DNA of 63,991 bases, counting the filler, from Octopus bimaculoides (lineage: Eukaryota): assembly GCF_001194135.2 (NCBI RefSeq). It is 6 parts of 6 records of this genome, joined end to end, with 100 filler letters (N's around TTAATTAATTAA, not from the genome) between each part and the next. Parts side by side here need not be neighbours in the genome. Positions count along the whole stretch, not along the records: positions 8,566 to 33,174 come from NC_069006.1; positions 33,275 to 47,022 come from NC_068992.1; 4 more parts are not named here. One strand, written 5' to 3'. Every line of letters begins with the position of its first letter. Position 1 is the stretch's first letter. The notes beneath the pieces are model-generated. The model saw only the letters and a list, made by a program, of their open reading frames with translations. It was not told the origin of the DNA and ran no database searches. Shown here piece after piece: positions 25,301-35,276 of the stretch. Both the position numbers and the translations under genes were made by a program.

Positions 25301-27371
25301 TGTGTGTATAAATATATTATCAATTGCACATACGTAGTATGTGTTTTGTTTATTTGCTGCTGTATACCTCCTGGGAAAGATCTCTACACAACACTGAGTG
25401 TTAAAGAACACCCGAATGTTACAAATCAGACGAGACAACTTGCCTCAGAATCACTGAGAATGATAGATATCAATATCCTGCCATTATTGCAGCTTATCAA
25501 TATCATGTTCTTGGATCATCTCAGAACAAAGTGAATCTCTGGTCTACAACTTATATGCAAATATAGTGAAGTCTATTTGTTGATGTGCAAATGGACTGAA
25601 GTCACATGACTTATATGCAAATACAGTGAAGTCTGTTTGCTGATGTGCTGCAGCATGGCACATGGGAAAGAGAATTAAAAGCAGCTCTAGTAATATAAAC
25701 ATGAACGATTGCATATACACAATGTACATGCCTTGTTTCTATGCCAAATTTCTTTTGGGATAAGTGTCCTGGGATACATCTGTTTGATCTCATTTCCCTT
25801 GACAGCCAAAGTTGTGTAGTAACGCCTGCGCATGCGTAGTCTTACGCATGCGTAAAATTAAACAAGCAAGCGTTTCCCGCTCAATTCATTCTCTTTCTCG
25901 CTGGCCAGCGATTGAGCATGGACGTGTATTTAAAGCTGTCTCTACATCTTTCGGTCTTATACTCGACAGCTCGTTATTCTCACCTCTAAAGATGTATAAC
26001 TAAAGATTTGTATGTTTTACCAAGTAAATAAATGTTGTTTAAGTTGTTTAGTCTGGAGTTCAGCGTTCCGTCTATTTCTTTAATTTTATAGTAGAAAGTC
26101 AGGTATACAATCTAAAGATGTATAACCCACTTTCTACTAAAGTTGGATTGTTAATCTCCCTGTAATTTAACTGGTACTTAATCTATCAGCTCCATTATGG
26201 TCACAGTCCAATGACTGAAACAAGTAAAAGACATGAGCACAAGTACACACACACACACACACAGACTTTAAAAGAAATACCTACCAACTCATGGACAATT
26301 TCAAGAATAGCCTTCTTCGCCAAGTTGGCATTGTTCTCATATCCTGTGATGGTGATGACGTTCTGAACTTCGTTTCGTTCAGGGAACTGGATGTTAACAT
26401 CATGATCTGAACGAATCTTGGAGATAACAGCTCCCTTTCTGCCGATAATCTTTGGGTGGTACTGAGAGTCCACCTCAACCTCCAGTTTATAACTACGCAA
26501 CAGCTGAAAGGAGAAGCGAAGAATGACAATAACAATTAGTTTGAACATGACAGATAGTTTGGGATCCATTCGCAACAGTAGTAACCAAAGAAAGAGCAGA
26601 GAACATGAATTTTAAGGCCTCTGTATCTGCTATGAGAAACTAATCATCCTAATAATGCTAAGGCCATAAATTAAAGGAAAAGGGGACATGATAAAATGAA
26701 CCCCAGTATTTTTCAAGTAAACTATAAAGGACAGCTTTTAAATACTTAAGATATACAAAATGGTTATGGTAGAGTCCCCATCAGTCCATAAGAAGTTTAG
26801 GGCCAACTCCCAGTTTTTCTAGCACATGTGTATTCCTCTCTGCACAGGACTCTGGTCAGTTGCGGGGCAACTCATTTTTACTAGCTTAGTCAACTGGAAC
26901 AACATGAAATGAAGTGTTTTGCTCAAGAACACAACTCCTTGCCCGGTCCAGGAATTGAAACCACAATCTTACAATCGTGAGTGCAACACCCTAACCACTA
27001 AGCTATGTGGCTCCACTAAAATATACAAAAATGTCTTCTACAGAGTTTTCTTCCATAAATAAAAATTAGTTTCTTAAATCTAACGTCAGTAAATTGTGAA
27101 TTAATGATGAAAGACAAAGTTAATTAGAGAAACATTTGTAGTCAACAATGAGAAGAATGGAACCAATTCCACTGCCGCTCTTTATGTTCAGCTGCAAGAC
27201 CTAAATATTTAGGTCCCCAGTAAATTACAGGTATTTGGATCTGCATTACATTGACAGATCACAATTGCGACAACTGTAATAATTAAATTAGCTGAAAAGA
27301 GAGGCCATCATTGTGACATGACCAGTTATTATATACACTTGATTATCATATACTCAAGCTACAGTTCTTAT

Positions 27372-27413
<42 letters not shown>

Positions 27414-30400
27414 NNNNNNNNNNNNNNNNNNNNNNNNNNNNNNNNNNNNNNNNNNNNNNNNNNNNNNNNNNNNNNNNNNNNNNNNNNNNNNNNNNNNNNN
27501 NNNNNNNNNNNNNNNNNNNNNNNNNNNNNNNNNNNNNNNNNNNNNNNNNNNNNNNNNNNNNNNNNNNNNNNNNNNNNNNNNNNNNNNNNNNNNNNNNNNN
27601 NNNNNNNNNNNNNNNNNNNNNNNNNNNNNNNNNNNNNNNNNNNNNNNNNNNNNNNNNNNNNNNNNNNNNNNNNNNNNNNNNNNNNNNNNNNNNNNNNNNN
27701 NNNNNNNNNNNNNNNNNNNNNNNNNNNNNNNNNNNNNNNNNNNNNNNNNNNNNNNNNNNNNNNNNNNNNNNNNNNNNNNNNNNNNNNNNNNNNNNNNNNN
27801 NNNNNNNNNNNNNNNNNNNNNNNNNNNNNNNNNNNNNNNNNNNNNNNNNNNNNNNNNNNNNNNNNNNNNNNNNNNNNNNNNNNNNNNNNNNNNNNNNNNN
27901 NNNNNNNNNNNNNNNNNNNNNNNNNNNNNNNNNNNNNNNNNNNNNNNNNNNNNNNNNNNNNNNNNNNNNNNNNNNNNNNNNNNNNNNNNNNNNNNNNNNN
28001 NNNNNNNNNNNNNNNNNNNNNNNNNNNNNNNNNNNNNNNNNNNNNNNNNNNNNNNNNNNNNNNNNNNNNNNNNNNNNNNNNNNNNNNNNNNNNNNNNNNN
28101 NNNNNNNNNNNNNNNNNNNNNNNNNNNNNNNNNNNNNNNNNNNNNNNNNNNNNNNNNNNNNNNNNNNNNNNAAGGGTGTTTTATGTTTCGAGCAAAGTTT
28201 TTCAGGAACAGGAGACAGAGGAAAGTCCAAAAGAAAAGGAAGACAAAGGAAAAGAAAAAAAAAACCCCACCAACAATCCACATTTGTAGTTACATTTGGG
28301 AATGACCTTTTTTTTTTTACTTTCCTTTGCCTGTGAGCATAACGACGTTGTCATTGTGGGAACAGAAGTTGCAAAGGGTGATCAATTCAGCCCAGGTGAT
28401 GTTGGTCCAGAAGGATCCTTTTTTGAAATTGAATTGGTCGACTAGTACATTGCAGTCGTGCATGAACAAGTCCATATATATAATATATATCTGTGTGTGT
28501 GTATACTATGTTACACAAGTTATGACACAAACCAGCTAGTATTTATGATATATTCCAAATTATCATATGTATAGTCAGCTGAGAGGCAAGCTAGCTATCA
28601 TATAAACTATAGTTTTGAGATATATATTTATTTATATATATACATGTCCAGCTATATATAAACTATGTTTGTAAGTTATCCTATATGCTATGCAAACTCT
28701 AGTTGTGATAGTCATACTCCAATTCTGATAAATGGATAGTTCAATGCAATCAATTTACCATAGAGACAAACTAGAGTTTTCTATAACTCACTAATAAATA
28801 CATGAGGATATCAAAACAAACAATAATGGCACATCAGTGAAGAAAGGGTGGGAGAAAGAAGTTGAAGGGTGAGGAAACAAGTGAAGAAGGGGAGACATAG
28901 AGAGAGAGAGAGAGAAAGTACATACTCTGTCCTGTTTCTCACTCTCCAAAGCCGTGCACCTCTCTTCCAGAGCCTGTTTAGCCCCTTGGACATTGTTTGG
29001 AGGTCCTGTCACTTTAATAATGTTGCTTTTTTCTTCAGGTGGTGGCACAGTGATGCTGACTTCATGATCCTCCATCATCTTGCGCACATCTTTACCCTTT
29101 TGACCAATGATGAAACGGTGGAATTCAAATGGTACTTCCACTTCCAAGGTGATGGGGACCAGAGCCTAAACAAAAACAAAGAAACAAATGAAGAAATCGG
29201 AAGAGACGAAGACAAACTGATATTTAGCAAATCCTTAAACAAACAATTTTACTTACGACATTTGATGGCATCAAAGACCCATGGGAAAATTAGACAAACC
29301 CCAATTTCAGAATAAAAATGTTTTTAGTGTATTAAAGGATATGAGAAGCCAAACTACACCTGGGGGTGATTTTTTGAGACATTTTTGGGGATAAAATATG
29401 TTCTATATGCCATCAAATATGGAGTGTATACATACATACATATATATGTTTATGGTGCCACAAAAAAGCACCCAGTACACTGTAAAGTGGTTTAGCATTA
29501 GGAAGGGCATCCAAGTATAGAAACTATGCCAAAACAGACACACGGAGCCTGGTGCAGCCCTCCAGATTGCCAGCTCCTGCCAAACTGTGCATCCCATGCC
29601 AGCATGGAAAACAGATGTGAAATGATTATGATGATGATGTATATATCTGAGTCTAACTTCCAGGACTCAGAGTTGGTCGTTTCTGATCATCAGCTGCTAA
29701 GCCAAGCCTGGCTTCCTTTTGAAATATCCACTGACTGAATATTTTTTTGGAATATGAAATGAAACTTTGAAAGAAACACTTATCTTTATGTTCTTCTGTT
29801 TGAAAATCTTTGTGAACAGGACCAACAAAGATATCTTAATGATTATCACTATACCCTAGTCACATCTACATCACAGTGATATCAGTGTATCCTAGTGACA
29901 GATCAGGTATTCCAGCAATATTAGTGATATCATATAGATATTGATATGTCCTATGACATGTATATAGGACATTGTTTAAGGATTAGCCAACGGATTTTGA
30001 GATCTGATGACAAGTGAAGCTTAAGGTAATCCCATAATCCAGCCTTATCTAATTTCAATACATAGATATAGATAGATAGATATCAGTATATCGGAGTGAT
30101 TTCACAATGTCCTAGTGACATCATCATCATCTTCTGCAGTTTCTTGCTGAACGATCTGCACAAATGATTTGTTTATAGTGATCAAATGTTCACGCTGCAC
30201 ATTAGCTCATTAGCATCAAATTGTCATTACCTGTACAGGTGCAGAGTACATCACACATCAAGTGTCAAAGTGGTCACAGAGGAACATGAAATGAAATGGT
30301 TTATTCAAAAACACGACATCGCCCTGTCCAGTGCCCCTGGACTGGCTCTTGTGCGGGTGGCACATAAAAGACACCATTTCGAAAGTGGCCGTTTTCGTGC

Positions 30401-32921
30401 GGGTGACACGTAAAAGCACCCACTACACTCTCTGAGTGGTTGGCGTTAGGAAGGGCATCCAGCTGTAGAAACTCTGCCAAATTGGATTGGAGCCTGGTGT
30501 TGCCATCCGGTTTCACCAGTCCTCAGTCAAATCATCCAACCCATGCTAGCATGGAAAGCGGACGTTAAACGACGATGATGATGATGATGATCTCACAATC
30601 CCGATTGTAACACTAACCACCAGGCCACATGCCCTCATCATTATAGTCGTAATTATCAAACAGTGAAACAATACTCACCAGTAATGCCTTTTTAGCTTCT
30701 TCACAGTTTTCTGGTTTGCCAGTGATGAGAATTACGTCGGTCTTGTTAGTGCCAGATTCCAGAGACGATTCCACATTTGGAATCACATCTCCATTCGGGA
30801 TAGCAGTAGATGCATCGTCTTCAGGAGGGGTAATTGTGACACGCTCTGCAATGAGAACAACAGGTTAGGAGAATGAGGGTTCATACGAATATACACGTGC
30901 GTGCAAATACACACACACACACACACACACATATACATCGTATATACAGTTAGATGTACAACTAGTACCATATGAGTCAGAGTTTCAGATAGATGGTCAT
31001 CATCCAGTCAGCTTCTAGTATAATGGTTAGTTAACCGCTGGGCTTAACAGTGATGCTAGATATGTTATACAGAGCCAATGTTGTGGAAAATTACAATAAA
31101 CATTAGTATAAGTATTTAGTTCCTACAAGTGTTTCACCATTGGAGTTATTTGGAACTCAGCATTGGATGTTCTGAATGCATTTGGAACAACAAAGGAACA
31201 TTTTTTATGAAATTTCGTTTCAGAAGACTAACGAAAGATAACTCAAGGAGACTTCAATGAAAAACTAAAACAAACTCAACACGTTCTTAGTGTTTCTTTT
31301 CAATACAATCTTAAGAAATCCTTATGCCCCAATGAATTAAAGTGTTGGGGAGCCTCAGCACCAGCCATGAGCAACCTGTGGCCCGCATGACTTTCTGAAT
31401 GACAAGTCGATGAAAAATTACCTTGGATTTTGTTTTAGCAGTGTGGTCTGCCTAATGATGAGGCATGTCTCATGTGGCCAGCTTCTCAAAAAGGCTACCC
31501 AGGCCTGCTCTATGCAGTTACCTGATCTGCTAAAAATAACGGCAAAATCTCTCATAAATTACACCTATGCTCTTTAAAAAAAAAAAGAGTACACGGTAAT
31601 GTTGCCTACCTGAAACTATGTTTGAAACAAGTCAGGATGGCCATAGTTGGATAGCCTTTGACCAGTGTTGTGCTGGTGCCATGCAAAAAGCACCCAGTAC
31701 ACTCTGTAAAGTGGTTGGCATTAGGAAGGGCATCCAGCTGTAGAAACCATGCCAAAACTGGCAGCTTCTGGTCTTTATCAGCTTTTGTTAAACTGTTCAA
31801 CCCATGCCAGCATGATGATGATGATAGTTCTGCATGAGCTTAAGAACAATAACAACATAATTCACAAGGAAGAGAGAGACTTGGATACAGCTTGCTTGTC
31901 AGTTGAAAATTCTGTATACCAGACGCCAATAGGTTTCAGGGGTTATCAGGAGAAAATGTACATCATTTCAGGGCCTTCCTCTCGACAGCTTTGAAGAGCA
32001 CTGCTCCCGCCTCCTCCTCTCATTGATGTGAAGTCCCATCTACTGGACTGACTGACAAGTATTTGATCACAAATTCTCTTTGGAATCCACAGCCCCCTTC
32101 AGATTGTGCAGTGACACAGGCTTGACTGACCACAGAGGTAAACAGGGACGTCTCTCACACCCACACATCACCTCTTCAAACAACTTTCAAAGATAATCTA
32201 AATCTCAACCACTTTTTGCTTATGGACCCTTTTGATTTCTCTTTTAATCTACTGGACCTCCATAGTTATTCGATATATTTTTTAAAAAAATCCTACTGTT
32301 TTCTTACAATAAAAAATTAAAATATTTGGCATATTGTAGAAATTTATTGCACATAAATTTCAACAACATCTCATGTGCCCCTACCCCGCCCACTGGCCAT
32401 GTGGACCTTGGTTGAGGACCACTGACCTAAAGCTGGCCCAAAATATTAGTGAGACAGATTCATAAAAGTTGCAAGCTTGAATAAAATATTTATATTGTAG
32501 TTTGTATGTAATGGGAGTTGTTGGTTACCAGAGGCCAGTCACTGGTTCACTACAGCTATAAGAGCAAAAAGGACAAAGAAGTATAATTTGGGTGAAACAA
32601 TTATCACAAAGGGGTATTTGAAAGAAAAAAAAAATTTATAGTTTTGTTGCCAAGCTGCCAATGTTTGTTGTAAGATAAACACAGAGCCACACACACAAAT
32701 AAACATATGCATACACAAACTGAAACACACAGGCACACACAAGCCCAAACACATACATACACACAAACGTGAAATTCTTTACCTCCATTAACCGGACGAT
32801 CTGGAAATTTAATTCCAACATCAAATTGACGGGTTATTTCTTGCACCTTCTGCCCCCTGGCACCCATGACGGTACGATGGTATTTCTGTGCAATCACACA
32901 TTCGACAACAACTTGTGCATC
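22136..32921 (-). CDS. HDLBP: Vigilin / high-density lipoprotein-binding protein (multi-KH RNA-binding protein), 3' six coding exons; 5' part not in this scaffold
   Basis: Hand-spliced exons 32921-32783, 30845-30679, 29165-28926, 26503-26285, 24905-24687 and 22357-22136 are all GT-AG and give 1206 nt = 401 aa + TAA with no internal stop. Four KH domains have intact GXXG loops (GARG, GQKG, GRKG, GTKG). The C-terminus GFFVKDAPW...DEFPSFG...WGP matches the vigilin tail as I recall it from the human protein. Confidence 0.96.
22395..22800 (-). mobile_element. Family C-related fragment (22395-22610) and family B SINE head (22600-22800) in the last vigilin intron
   Basis: CATCATTGTTTTAACGTC..CCATACTGGCATGGG; CCACCAAATCCACT..GAACCTGGAGCCATGTGGTT. 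Confidence 0.65.
23745..23920 (-). mobile_element. Family C retroposon fragment, vigilin intron
   Basis: (CAT)n-TTTAAGTCTGCTTTCCATGCTAGCATAGGTTGG. Confidence 0.7.
24687..24905 (-). CDS. HDLBP: Vigilin exon, 219 nt, phase 0-0: EDMSSINVKIDPRVHPRIIGTKGRNVRRLMDEYKVDIKFPRPDSDEPDVITITGAEENCLDCREYLMAFEEEY
   Basis: Acceptor gtcttgcag, donor gtaagt; last KH domain. Confidence 0.95.
24930..25028 (-). mobile_element. 5'-truncated young family C copy, 99 bp, starting about 25 nt upstream of a vigilin acceptor
   Basis: 96/99 identical to the reverse complement of 30491-30589. Confidence 0.85.
25135..25300 (+). mobile_element. Family B SINE 5' half
   Basis: GGCTGTGTGGTAAAC..GGTTCAGTCCC..GGCACCTTGGGCAAG..GACCAAAG. 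Confidence 0.75.
25815..26139 (+). mobile_element. Solo-LTR-like 325-bp insertion in a vigilin intron
   Basis: Starts TGTAGT and is flanked by the direct repeat AAGTTG (25809-25814 and 26140-26145). It contains TATA-like GTATTTAAAG and AATAAA and is CpG-richer than its flanks. The 3' end is TA rather than CA. Confidence 0.4.
26285..26503 (-). CDS. HDLBP: Vigilin exon, 219 nt, phase 0-0: LLRSYKLEVEVDSQYHPKIIGRKGAVISKIRSDHDVNIQFPERNEVQNVITITGYENNANLAKKAILEIVHEL
   Basis: Acceptor ctcctttcag, donor gtaggt; one complete KH domain with the vigilin-typical YHPKIIGRKGAVI. Confidence 0.95.
26865..27016 (-). mobile_element. tRNA-headed SINE fragment
   Basis: Minus TGGAGCCACATAGCTTAGTGGTTAGGGTG...GGTTTCAATTCC...GTGTTCTTGAGCAAAACACTT. 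Confidence 0.7.
28171..28260 (-). mobile_element. Penelope-like terminal fragment with a decayed hammerhead core, vigilin intron
   Basis: Homologous to 63840-63965 (CAGAGGAAAGTCCAA-AGAAAAGGAAGAC); minus CTGAAAAACTTTGCTCGAAACAT. Confidence 0.55.
28926..29165 (-). CDS. HDLBP: Vigilin exon, 240 nt, phase 0-0: ALVPITLEVEVPFEFHRFIIGQKGKDVRKMMEDHEVSITVPPPEEKSNIIKVTGPPNNVQGAKQALEERCTALESEKQDR
   Basis: Acceptor ttgtttag, donor gtatgt; one complete KH domain. Confidence 0.95.
29453..29639 (+). mobile_element. Older family C retroposon fragment, vigilin intron
   Basis: TTAGGAAGGGCATCC...CCCATGCCAGCATGG...GATGATGATG. Confidence 0.75.
30312..30590 (+). mobile_element. Young family C retroposon, vigilin intron
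   Basis: Ends GGACGTTAAACGACGATGATGATGATG. Confidence 0.85.
30679..30845 (-). CDS. HDLBP: Vigilin exon, 167 nt, phase 1-0: (E)RVTITPPEDDASTAIPNGDVIPNVESSLESGTNKTDVILITGKPENCEEAKKALL
   Basis: Acceptor ttctcattgcag, donor gtgagt; variable loop insertion followed by the KH C-terminal half; not in the ORF track. Confidence 0.9.
31630..31826 (+). mobile_element. Family C retroposon fragment, vigilin intron
   Basis: GGAAGGGCATCCAGCTGTAGAAAC...CCCATGCCAGCATGATGATG. Confidence 0.75.
32195..32424. mobile_element. Degenerate hAT-type MITE
   Basis: Ends GGTTGAGGACCACTG; internal GGACCCC..CCATAG blocks shared with 48977-49325. Confidence 0.5.
32783..32921 (-). CDS. HDLBP: Vigilin exon, 139 nt, phase 0-1: DAQVVVECVIAQKYHRTVMGARGQKVQEITRQFDVGIKFPDRPVNG
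   Basis: Acceptor ttttcgtag, donor gtaaag; N-terminal half of a KH domain with GARG loop. Confidence 0.93.
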
Positions 32922-33174
32922 CTACGAAAACAAAAAACAAGAAATATTGTAAAAAAAAAAAAAAAGATAAACTGTAATTCTTTAAAATAAACTCATTCCT
33001 GACATTCAGAAGAACTAATTAACATCATTTATTTAATTAGATTTATGCCTGTATTTCTCTGGCTAAACCACTGGCATTCTTGGCCCCCACACCTCCTCCC
33101 TGTTCACTATTATAGGGATGGAAATGGCTAGCTGCAAGTGTGAGCCCTGTAAGTCAGAGTGGCTGTTCCAGCAC

Positions 33175-33274
33175 NNNNNNNNNNNNNNNNNNNNNNNNNN
33201 NNNNNNNNNNNNNNNNNNTTAATTAATTAANNNNNNNNNNNNNNNNNNNNNNNNNNNNNNNNNNNNNNNNNNNN
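33175..33274. other. Artificial scaffold-joining spacer
   Basis: N44-TTAATTAATTAA-N44. Confidence 0.95.
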
Positions 33275-33505
33275 ACGACAAGTTTCTTTCAGTCTCTGTC
33301 CACCCAATCCACTCACAGGCTTTGGTCGGACCGAGGCCATAGCAGGAGTGGCTACGTTGTAAGTAGCTTGTTATCCAACCACATGGTTCCGGGTTCAGTC
33401 CCACCGTGTGGCATCTTAGGCATGTGTCTTCTACTATAGCCTCGGGCGGACCAAAGCCTTGTGAGTGGATTTGGTAGACGGAATCTGAAAGAAGCCTGTC
33501 GTATA
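33275..33505. mobile_element. Head-to-head family B SINE pair forming an inverted repeat
   Basis: 33275-33342 is a diverged reverse complement of about 33433-33503. Confidence 0.8.
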
Positions 33506-34640
33506 CACGCGTTCGACAGGGTTGACCATAATATCTTACTCTCAAAATTGGCAAATGTTGGAATGCGTGGAAAACTTCTACACTGGATTAAGTATTTCCT
33601 GCCGAATAGAACACAAGAATTTGTGGTCGATGGAGTCCACTCATGCCCAACAAAAGTCACCAGTGGTGTCCCTCAGGGGACTGTCTTGGGCCCGTTCCTC
33701 TTTATAATTTACATAAATGACCTTTCCAGCGTCGTAAATCACTGCAAAGTGAAAATATTTGCTGATGACACTAAGCTCCAGCAAATCATCAATGAAGAAG
33801 AAGACCGAAATCAACTCCAATCTGATCTATATGCTGTGAGTCAATGGGCAGACAAAATGCAACTGAACGAGGGAAAATTTCAGCCGATGCATTTTGGAAG
33901 AAAGTCTATACTAAAACAGCCATACTCTCTTCCTTCAGGGGAACCTCTCACAGCATCTAATGATATCAGAGACCTGGGTGTAATTGTTGATAACAATCTC
34001 AGTTGGAGTGCCCACATCAACAATAACGTCGATATAGCTCGTAGGATGAGCTCCTGGATCTTTAGAACCTTCCGGTCCAGAGAACAAGGTGTTATCATTC
34101 CACTTTTTCTCCGCCTTTGTACGGCCACATCTCGAATACTACTCCCCCTTATGGTCTCCCCATAGAAAACAAAACATCCCGAGGACTGAATCACACCATA
34201 GGGCACTCACTAAAGGAATTGAAGGCATGACTGATCTAGATTACTGGGACCACCTTAAAGCCTTGAAACTCTACTCTCACCAGCGCCGCCGCGAGCGGTA
34301 CATCATTTGTACGATGTGGAGAATATACCGCCAGCATTGCCCAAACGACCTGAACATTAATTTCAAGGTTCATCCAAGGCTGGGACCACAGGCCGTAGTC
34401 CCCTGCCCAATTCAGGATCACAACATATAGGTACACTGCGACATAATTTCTTTTCCTCAACAGACCCTGCCCTGTTTAACATTGTCCTAAAACTGATTAA
34501 AGAGGAAAAGGATCCTATCACCTTTAAATGGAGTCTGAACAGATTTCTTCAAGGAATACCAGATAAGCCACCCATACCTGGATACCACTCACTCCACAAA
34601 AACTCAATACTTGAATGGACAATAAATAAAACTTGACTTA
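33506..34640 (+). mobile_element. 5'-truncated CR1/L2-group LINE ORF2 (reverse transcriptase to C-terminus), frameshifted
   Basis: AFDRVDH, SGVPQGTVLGPFLFIIYINDL, FADDTKL, RPHLEYYSPLWSP, QRRRERY. Confidence 0.92.
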
Positions 34641-34688
34641 AAAAAGATTTAGACAATCACAGGTCAACTTTTGGTCGAAACATATCTA

Positions 34689-34693
<5 letters not shown>

Positions 34694-34780
<87 letters not shown>
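34694..34780. repeat. Long (TA)n; also 35217-35273
   Basis: Direct reading. Confidence 0.95.
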
Positions 34781-34783
<3 letters not shown>

Positions 34784-35214
34784 TGAGATTATTGAGTTGA
34801 ATTAGGTACTGAAGTTGAAGCACCAAGTCATTCCGGTATTATCCGAACAGCTCGAAGTAAGGTGAACAAAATCAAAATAAGTAACAGGATATCAAGTAGT
34901 GATGCAATACGACCGTTTCAAGGGGCTCCATTTAAATGACCAATGCAATCATTACATCAATTTAAATGTATTGCCATCTTCAGCTGCACAAATAATTAAA
35001 TAGAATTTTAACCAGTAAGACACATTAATATAATTTTTCTCAAATATTCTTACAGAGCAAGAAGATGGAAGAAATTCATGTTGTAGCTATTGTAGCTAAG
35101 AATGGACTACACTTCCAAGAATCGTATGAAGCCTATTGGGGTCATCATGTTCAATTAAATGGAGCCGCTTGAAACGGTCGTACTGTATCACCATCTGATA
35201 TCCTGTTGCTTATT

Positions 35215-35216
<2 letters not shown>
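34781..35216. mobile_element. Element between two (TA)n tracts with a 61-bp inverted repeat
   Basis: 34875-34935 versus 35155-35215, 54/61 identical in reverse complement. Confidence 0.65.

Positions 35217-35276
<60 letters not shown>

Noticed and set aside
32922-33174. Vigilin as a 5'-truncated pseudogene
   Set aside because: All six exons are intact with canonical splice sites; the missing part coincides with the scaffold end
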